From a bacterium (GTDB lineage: Bacteria > Verrucomicrobiota > Verrucomicrobiia > Chthoniobacterales > UBA6821), in contig JBAXTN010000004.1 of the NCBI GenBank assembly GCA_037130175.1, positions 45,606 through 109,605 of the forward strand: DNA of 64,000 nt. The letters are read 5' to 3'. Positions 41,722-48,419 of the stretch are shown piece after piece (position 1 is the first letter of the stretch; each line of letters begins with the position of its first letter). The notes under the pieces are model-generated. The model was not told the origin of the DNA. It did not search any database and saw only the letters and a list, made by a program, of their open reading frames with translations. Made by a program: the position numbers and the translations under genes.

Positions 41722-42747
41722 ATGACGTCCCCCTTACAGCCCGTACTCGCGGGGGATCTTGGCGGCACAAATTTTAGGATCGGTGTCTTTAGCGGAAGCG
41801 ATCTCCACACCTCGCATCCGACGATAAAAAAAATCCATTTTAAAAAATTCCGGAGTGCGGATCATCATTCCTTAGAAAAGATGGTTCAGCTGTTTCTTGA
41901 AGAAATCAATCTGGAGATTCCGCTGGCGGCTGCCTGTTTCGGGGTGCCTGGTCCTAATGTTGGCGGAGTAGTCAAGGCCAGCAACCTTGGGTGGCGCATC
42001 GACACACATTTGTTGCCCAAGATTCTAGGCATCCAGCGTGTCTCCGTGCTTAACGATCTGGAAGCAACTGCCTACGGACTTTCTGTTCTTAGCAAAACCG
42101 ACCTTGCCACACTTCAGGCCGGATCAGGATCCAGTGCCGGCAATCAATGCGTGATCGCTCCTGGGACGGGACTGGGTGAAGCGGGGCTCTTTTGGGATGG
42201 CCGGCGCCACCTACCGTGGGCCTGTGAAGGGGGGCACGCCGACTTTGCCCCAACCGATGAACTCCAGAACGAACTCCTGAACTCCCTTCGTGGCGATTAC
42301 GGCCGAGTCAGCTTTGAAAGGGTTGTATCAGGTATGGGGATTGCCAATATCTACCGTTTCTTAAAAAATTCGGACAAGGCCAAAGAAAATCCAATCGTCG
42401 CTCGTGAAATGCTTGAGGAGGATCCCGCAGCAGTAATTGACCGCCATTCCAGTGACGGTTCCTGTGATCTTTGCCGGACAACCATGGATCTCTTCATTCA
42501 GGCTCTTGGCGCGGAAGCTTCCAATCTGGCCCTCAAGACAATGGCCACGGGAGGAGTCTATCTTGCGGGGGGTATTCCTCCAAAGGTCATTCCGCTTCTG
42601 CGACGACCAATCTTTTTGGAAAGTTTTCTGAGCAAGGGGCGCCTGCGCTCCGTACTTGAGACGATGCCTCTACATGTCGTACTCAATGATGAAACAGCTC
42701 TCTTGGGCTCAGCCTGTCGTGCCTTCCGACTCTTGGAATCGGATTAA
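41722..42747 (+). CDS. glk: Glucokinase
   Basis: 341 aa. LAGDLGGTNFRIG ATP-binding motif, EGGHADFAP, and GGVYLAGGIPPK typical of the Glk family. Confidence 0.88.
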   Translation: MTSPLQPVLAGDLGGTNFRIGVFSGSDLHTSHPTIKKIHFKKFRSADHHSLEKMVQLFLEEINLEIPLAAACFGVPGPNVGGVVKASNLGWRIDTHLLPKILGIQRVSVLNDLEATAYGLSVLSKTDLATLQAGSGSSAGNQCVIAPGTGLGEAGLFWDGRRHLPWACEGGHADFAPTDELQNELLNSLRGDYGRVSFERVVSGMGIANIYRFLKNSDKAKENPIVAREMLEEDPAAVIDRHSSDGSCDLCRTTMDLFIQALGAEASNLALKTMATGGVYLAGGIPPKVIPLLRRPIFLESFLSKGRLRSVLETMPLHVVLNDETALLGSACRAFRLLESD

Positions 42748-43063
42748 AAATTCGCTCCCGATCACTTGTCAGCGGCAAGTTTTCCATTTACTCGATCCTG
42801 AAGATGAGGCAGCCACCCAAACCAAGAGATCTTGTCATTTCTTCTTTCAGACTCCGAGGATCGCCAAAGGATTTTGTCCGCCCTGAGCATCCTGATGTAG
42901 GGTTTGTGTCTTCTCGACTTTGTCAACAGTTGTGAATTTTCAGCCTTCGATGTCATTAATTTGTGTTTGAGAATTCTAATTCCATCCAGCCGACACAAAA
43001 CAGCGGGGTTGTGTGACCACGACCTCATTCTGGCGTTTTTTCACCACAATCAAAGTTGAGAAT

Positions 43064-43081
43064 TGTTACAGTCCTGTAACA
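43064..43081. repeat. Perfect 8+8 bp inverted repeat TGTTACAG-TC-CTGTAACA in a ~450-bp gap with no supported gene (function unknown)
   Basis: Read directly from the sequence. It is flanked by direct TTGAGAA repeats. Confidence 0.5.
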
Positions 43082-43194
43082 TTGAGAAACAGAAGGACTC
43101 TGGGTTTTTCCAAAGGAATTTATCTGCTCACTTGCCCTAAAATATCCTCGTCTGGATCCACTCTCAATGGCATAAGGCCCCAACTTAAACCTCT

Positions 43195-44238
43195 CTACCC
43201 ACTCCTCAAGGAAGGGGTAAGGAGTTCCGCAATTCTCTGAATCTCCTGAGATGACTGCAGTGAAGGTTGATCGAGAACAAAGGGAGTTCCAGCATCCGAA
43301 GCAATACGAATCTCCGGATCAAGGGGAATAGCCCCCAGAAACGGAACTCCGAGCGTATCAGCTTCTTTCTTTCCACCACCGTTTCCGAAGATTTCATGCC
43401 TGCTTCCATCACCGGGGGCGATGAAATACGCCATATTCTCAATAATCCCCAGAATGCGCACATTGGTCTTGCCAAACATCGCCACGGCCTTGCGTGCGTC
43501 AATGAGAGCGACCTCCTGAGGTGTCGTAACGATGACGGCTCCAGCCAAGGGAACAGTCTGCACGATAGTCAGCTGGATATCTCCCGTACCCGGCGGAAGA
43601 TCCAGAAGCAGCACATCAAGTTCACCCCATACGACATTGCGCAGGAATTGTTGCGTGTAGCGAGTGACCATGGGGCCACGCAGGACGGCTGGAGAATCAT
43701 CATCCAAGAGCAACCCCATCGACATAATCCGCAAACCATGTCTTACCACCGGGACGATATTCCCCTCCTGATCGGCAACAGGTCTTTCTGTGGCACCGCA
43801 CATCATGGCCACGCTGGGACCGTAAAGATCACAGTCACACAGCCCAACCTTCAGACCGCTGGAGGCGAGCGCGGAGGCTAGATTCACGGCCACCATCGAC
43901 TTGCCAACACCTCCTTTTCCACTGGCTACCGCGATCACTTGCTTCACCCCTGAAATGGGAACCGGTGCATTTCCAGCAGACTGGACGGGTGCTTGCACAT
44001 CAATGAGCACGCTGACGGAACGCCCCTCCGCAAGCCCTTCAACAGCCTTGATTACTCGATCCCGGAGTTCGGTGGCAACACCGGTGTCATTGGTAGCCAC
44101 CACAAGCTGCACGGTAATATTTTCCCCAATGGTGATCCCGCGAACCACCCCGAAGGAGATAATGTCACGGCTGAAGCCGGGATAAGGCACCTTGGAAAGG
44201 GCATCACGGATCTGTTGCTCAAGGGCTGATATACTCAT
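43195..44238 (-). CDS. apbC: Fe-S cluster carrier ATPase Mrp/ApbC (NBP35 family)
   Basis: 347 aa. N-terminal DUF59-like segment (VPYPGFSRDIISFGVV), deviant Walker A VASGKGGVGKS and a CDCDLYGPS motif. Confidence 0.92.
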   Translation of the reverse strand: MSISALEQQIRDALSKVPYPGFSRDIISFGVVRGITIGENITVQLVVATNDTGVATELRDRVIKAVEGLAEGRSVSVLIDVQAPVQSAGNAPVPISGVKQVIAVASGKGGVGKSMVAVNLASALASSGLKVGLCDCDLYGPSVAMMCGATERPVADQEGNIVPVVRHGLRIMSMGLLLDDDSPAVLRGPMVTRYTQQFLRNVVWGELDVLLLDLPPGTGDIQLTIVQTVPLAGAVIVTTPQEVALIDARKAVAMFGKTNVRILGIIENMAYFIAPGDGSRHEIFGNGGGKKEADTLGVPFLGAIPLDPEIRIASDAGTPFVLDQPSLQSSQEIQRIAELLTPSLRSG

Positions 44239-44249
44239 GAATTAACAGA

Positions 44250-45635
44250 CTAACACGATTTTCGCAGATGGCTTGGTAGAATACCTAGTTGTTCCCGATA
44301 TTTTGCAATGGTTCGTCTCGCCACTTTCAGGCCCCGTTCATCGAGGCGGGTGACAATTTCCTGGTCGCTGAGGGGATCACGGGAGGACTCCTGATCCACC
44401 ATCTCTCGGATGGCCTGCTTCACCATCTCATTACTCACAGCGGTGCCATCGGAATTCTGGAAGCCCGGTGTAAAAAAATATCTGAGTTCCAGCAATCCCT
44501 GAGGGGTATCCATATACTTGCCGGAAACCGCCCTGCTTACCGTGGTCACATGCAGCCCAACCACATCGGCAATCTGTGCCATGATCAGGGGTTTAAGCGC
44601 CGATGCTCCCATGCGAAAAAAATCCTCCTGTCTGGAAACAATTTCATTACCGATTGCGAGCAGTGTCTGCTGCCGTTGTTGCAGACTTCTCAGAAAGACG
44701 CGTGCCCCACGGATTTTACCCCTAAGATAGAGAAGAAGATCTTCATTATTTCCCCGTTCGGCCAACATATCCTTATACTCCTTGGAAATACGAAGCCGGG
44801 GCAGATCCTCCTCATTCAGTCTCACAACAAAACCCTCCCCGTCCGGGATCACGATCAGGTCGGGAATAACCCCCTGTTCATCAGCATTGGAAAATGGTCG
44901 CCCCGGCTTTGGCTCAAGTGTTGCGATCAACTTCGCAGCAGCTACAACATCGGCTGACGGAACTCTGAAATGCTTGGCTATTTCATCATAGCGATGCCTC
45001 GCCAGAAGTTGAAGATGGTGCCTCAGGATGCGTGCTGCCAAACCATTTCCCTCACCACGACGCGCCAATTGGAGCAAGAGAGAGTCTGCAAGATCGGACG
45101 CGGCCACGCCGGCGGGTTCGAACTGCCTCACTTTCTCAAGTGTTTTTTCCAGAAACGACTCGGACACGCCGCCTGCAACAGCAAGCTCCGCATGATCCAT
45201 CCGCAGATACCCATCCTGATCGAGATTGCCTGCAATGACCTCGACAACCCGTCTTTCCCTCTCATCCAATCCGGCGGCCTGGTCGATGATGAAATCCCTT
45301 AAAGTCGGGCGTGATGCGAGAGACTCAAAAAGATAGCGCCTCTTCTCCTCGTCCTGTGAGGAATAATGGGCTGTGGAGGCAGCCTGGGGCATGTATTCCC
45401 TCCATTCCTCCTGAAGGCTGGAGGCCCTTTCCGGGAGAGCTTTGTTGTCACGGAACGACTCAGCGGACTCAATAGCAGGCGATTCCTCTTCCAGCACAGG
45501 GTTGGATGCCAACTCTGCGGCAACAAGCTGCCTGAGCTCAGCAACCGGAGTTTGCAGGAGCTGCAAACTCTGTTGCATCTGCGGCGAGAGGGTTTGCTGC
45601 TGAGCAACCCCTATGATGAGATCCATTCCGGCCAT
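44250..45635 (-). CDS. rpoN: RNA polymerase sigma-54 factor
   Basis: 461 aa. Gln/Leu-rich region I (QQQTLSPQMQQSLQLLQ), an HTH, and the RpoN box ARRTIAKYREQLGI. Confidence 0.95.
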   Translation of the reverse strand: MAGMDLIIGVAQQQTLSPQMQQSLQLLQTPVAELRQLVAAELASNPVLEEESPAIESAESFRDNKALPERASSLQEEWREYMPQAASTAHYSSQDEEKRRYLFESLASRPTLRDFIIDQAAGLDERERRVVEVIAGNLDQDGYLRMDHAELAVAGGVSESFLEKTLEKVRQFEPAGVAASDLADSLLLQLARRGEGNGLAARILRHHLQLLARHRYDEIAKHFRVPSADVVAAAKLIATLEPKPGRPFSNADEQGVIPDLIVIPDGEGFVVRLNEEDLPRLRISKEYKDMLAERGNNEDLLLYLRGKIRGARVFLRSLQQRQQTLLAIGNEIVSRQEDFFRMGASALKPLIMAQIADVVGLHVTTVSRAVSGKYMDTPQGLLELRYFFTPGFQNSDGTAVSNEMVKQAIREMVDQESSRDPLSDQEIVTRLDERGLKVARRTIAKYREQLGILPSHLRKSC

Positions 45636-45753
45636 AGAGTCAGAATGGTAACTTGATCAACTTATGCAAGCAACTTTTAGGCCAACTAATGAACCAATTA
45701 GAAGATAAATCTCTCTTGTTTATCAAAATGTGCAGGTTGATAGTAAAGGTGCC

Positions 45754-46914
45754 ATGAGCTCATACGAGGGTAATCCCGAAGGTTTTTTCGCACCTTCAAA
45801 CCGCCTTTCTAGGGAGGATGTGGCCCGGCAGGTCAGCGAATTGGATGATTCCGGCTTGCTCACGCCCATCTTTGAAAGCATGCCCTATATGGTGATGATC
45901 CTGAACCGTCAGCGACAGATCATCTACGGCAACAAGGTTCTCCGCGAATACGGAGCGTCTCACGGGCACTCCGACTTCCTCGGTCTCCGTCCCGGCGAGT
46001 TTCTGGGTTGTCAGCGCGAATCCCGAGCCCCGTTCGGATGCGGCACCGGCGAAGCCTGTAGAAATTGCGGTGCCGTCAACGCCATTCTGGCCGGCTTATC
46101 AGGCCAGGACGCCTGTTTGGAGTGTCATATCGGGCAAGTGGAAAACGAGGCTCTGGATCTCAGGATCTTTGCAAGCCCCTTCCGATGGCGCACGCACGAG
46201 CATGTCCTGGTCATCGCAACAGACATCAGCGATCAAAAACGCCGCCAGATTCTGGAGAGAATCTTCTTTCATGACATTCTCAACACAGCAGGTGGCATCC
46301 AGGGACTTGCCGAACTCATGGTCAGCGATGCAGAAATGTCATCCGAACTTTCCCCTGACCTGCTTTCCAACGCTCAGAAGCTTGTTCAGGAAATACAGAA
46401 TCAGAAACTGCTCCTCGCGGCGGAAAATCATGACCTTGACTGCACATTAACTCCCCTCTCCTCACTGGTGCAGATGGAATCCGTGGCCACCTCTTACCGC
46501 CATCATGAAGTGGGACATGCCAAATCAGTGGTAATTGATTCCGATTCAAAAAACTGCACGCTGCTTTCCGACGAGGCAATTCTCCAGAGGGTCCTGGGCA
46601 ATCTCCTAAAAAACGCCCTCGAGGCAACAGATGACGGAGGCAAGGTAAAATTGGGTACGGAAACAAAAGAAGGGGATGTCATCTTTTGGTGCTGGAATGC
46701 AGGTCACATTCCTCGTTCATCTCAACTGCAGATCTTTCAACGCAGCTTTACCACCAAAGGCATCGGTCACGGCTTAGGAACCTACAGCGTAAAACTCCTC
46801 ACAGAGCGCTACCTTGGAGGCAGAGTCTCTTTCAAGTCATCCCAAGAATTAGGGACTCAGTTTGAAATCAGACTTCCACTAGACCGACCTGCACCAAAGC
46901 GACACGATACCTAA
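45754..46914 (+). CDS. Soluble sensor histidine kinase with a Cys-rich PAS-like N-terminal domain
   Basis: ATG at 45754 (a GTG at 45730 is also possible). H-box FFHDILNTAGG, N-box LGNLLKNALEA and G-boxes TKGIGHGLGTY. There is no TM helix. Cys pattern C-x9-C-x5-C-x2-C-x15-C-x2-C. Confidence 0.82.
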   Translation: MSSYEGNPEGFFAPSNRLSREDVARQVSELDDSGLLTPIFESMPYMVMILNRQRQIIYGNKVLREYGASHGHSDFLGLRPGEFLGCQRESRAPFGCGTGEACRNCGAVNAILAGLSGQDACLECHIGQVENEALDLRIFASPFRWRTHEHVLVIATDISDQKRRQILERIFFHDILNTAGGIQGLAELMVSDAEMSSELSPDLLSNAQKLVQEIQNQKLLLAAENHDLDCTLTPLSSLVQMESVATSYRHHEVGHAKSVVIDSDSKNCTLLSDEAILQRVLGNLLKNALEATDDGGKVKLGTETKEGDVIFWCWNAGHIPRSSQLQIFQRSFTTKGIGHGLGTYSVKLLTERYLGGRVSFKSSQELGTQFEIRLPLDRPAPKRHDT

Positions 46915-46921
46915 TTAAAGA

Positions 46922-46941
46922 GAGACCGTGAATCCGGTCTC
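46922..46941. terminator. Probable bidirectional terminator hairpin between convergent genes
   Basis: GAGACCG-TGAATC-CGGTCTC (7-bp stem) with ATTT on the plus side and CTTTAATT on the minus side. It lies between the stop codons at 46914 (+) and 46966 (-). Confidence 0.5.
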
Positions 46942-46947
46942 ATTTGC

Positions 46948-46969
46948 GATTAAATCAGTGATAGCTTAA
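46948..46969 (-). repeat. Degenerate copy (18/22) of the 22-nt inverted-repeat motif
   Basis: GATTAAATCAGTGATAGCTTAA versus the right arm GATTAAATCAGCGGTTCCTTAA, with an exact 11-mer shared. It overlaps the stop codon of the PEP-CTERM gene. Confidence 0.5.
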
Positions 46970-48048
46970 GGCGAGGTGCGTCGGCGAAGTACCACGGCAA
47001 GCACGACACCAGAGAGACCGAATAGGATCCAAGTTTTGGGTTCGGGTACTGTGATGACAAGGGTGGACATCAGAAGGGATTGTTGTGCGTAGTCACTATA
47101 GCCCGTGGTCACGACACCTTCGTTTGTATAGAGTTGGCTGTTGGTATCATTGAGTGTCCAAAAAGTACCAAAAGAGGCAATATTCGTTCCTCCCGCAATC
47201 CCAGTAAAATCATCTCCGATAATACTGTTTGTTCCAAGAACCGTGTAGTTTCCCACACCTGTGGTGAAGAGATTTGTGCCGCTGATATTTGTATAGTTCA
47301 ATACCGTGATGGTCTCATTGGTGGTACCGACCCCATAGATGTTGAATCCAAGGTGGACAATTTGATTGTCGGATATTCCTGAAAGCGCTGTACCATTATT
47401 TTTTTTAAGCACCTGATTGGTCACAGCATTATTTCCATAGGAACTTGCAGAGAGATTCCAAGTAGCCGCACCGTCTGATGTGGTGAGGTTAATGCTCATC
47501 AGCGCATTGCCCGCTGTATTGAGCAATGTCCATCCCATGGTGTCGAAATTTCCATTGGCATTTGCAGCACTTGTGTACATGTAAAAAGTACTGTCGAAGT
47601 GTATCATATTAATTCCTGTTCCTGTCAGCGTATTGGCCATGTAGGTTGTTACGCTTTGTGGGTAGGTGACGGAATTATTTATATCAGTCGAGAAAAAGTC
47701 ATCTCCTCCCAAGACATTAAAATTAGGGTTATTTTTATTAGCCAGTGCACTGTTGTGATAAATGACGCCCGGTCCGTATTGCGGCCCACCCTGCTGCGTA
47801 AGGTTCGTCCATCCATTCTGGCCGGATGTTTCTGTAGCCCAATATGTAGAGGAAGGGGGGATAATTACACTAGGAGTTGTGCTATTTGTTGTGTAGGTGT
47901 AAGAGCCGCTACCACTTGTGGCTGTACGGAAATCAGTAGCGTACACTGTAGTATTGGTGAGGCTTGGTACTGACTGAGCCTGAAGCAATGAAATCATGCT
48001 CAGAAATAAGACTGAACTATAGCAAACGACTTTAATTCTTTTGTTCAT
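46966..48048 (-). CDS. PEP-CTERM sorting-domain secreted protein (putative exosortase substrate)
   Basis: 360 aa. Signal peptide MNKRIKVVCYSSVLFLSMISLLQAQS, a Thr/Asn/Ser/Gly-rich body, and a C-terminus VPEPKTWILFGLSGVVLAVVLRRRTSP (PEP motif, TM helix, Arg cluster). Confidence 0.85.
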   Translation of the reverse strand: MNKRIKVVCYSSVLFLSMISLLQAQSVPSLTNTTVYATDFRTATSGSGSYTYTTNSTTPSVIIPPSSTYWATETSGQNGWTNLTQQGGPQYGPGVIYHNSALANKNNPNFNVLGGDDFFSTDINNSVTYPQSVTTYMANTLTGTGINMIHFDSTFYMYTSAANANGNFDTMGWTLLNTAGNALMSINLTTSDGAATWNLSASSYGNNAVTNQVLKKNNGTALSGISDNQIVHLGFNIYGVGTTNETITVLNYTNISGTNLFTTGVGNYTVLGTNSIIGDDFTGIAGGTNIASFGTFWTLNDTNSQLYTNEGVVTTGYSDYAQQSLLMSTLVITVPEPKTWILFGLSGVVLAVVLRRRTSP

Positions 48049-48088
48049 TGTGGGTTAGTGTGTGTTGCGGGGGAAGTCTTTTTAAAAA

Positions 48089-48283
48089 CTAAGCACTGTA
48101 AGGAGCCACATTTGGCGGTGACGGAGGCGCTTTCTTAGCACGCCCGTTGCTCGGGGTGGGCGAAGGGGTTGGAGTCGGAGTCGGCCCCGCGTTGGATTCG
48201 GACATGATTCCCAAGACAAGAATTCCCGAGAGGGTCATTATTGCAAAACGAAAACGATTGGTGCGAGTGAAAGGGGGATTCAT
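48089..48283 (-). CDS. Small putative secreted/membrane protein with a Pro-Thr repeat (64 aa)
   Basis: The ORF lies 40 nt upstream of the PEP-CTERM gene on the same strand. A hydrophobic segment (FAIMTLSGILVLGIM) is followed by GPTPTPTPSPTPS. Coding status is unproven. Confidence 0.4.
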   Translation of the reverse strand: MNPPFTRTNRFRFAIMTLSGILVLGIMSESNAGPTPTPTPSPTPSNGRAKKAPPSPPNVAPYSA

Positions 48284-48419
48284 TTAATTAACAAAATCTT
48301 ATGTCCTGATTCGAATGTCAACAAAAAATTCAATTTACTTTGAGATATCCGGAGCTTGATGGTGAGATGGACTTGATCCATATCAAGTAGGTGAGATTCG
48401 TGAATGATTTTTATTTGAT

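Noticed and set aside
42762-43028. 88-aa minus-strand ORF in the glk-apbC gap
   Set aside because: No motif and highly basic composition with no supporting context. It is kept only as part of the intergenic-gap finding.
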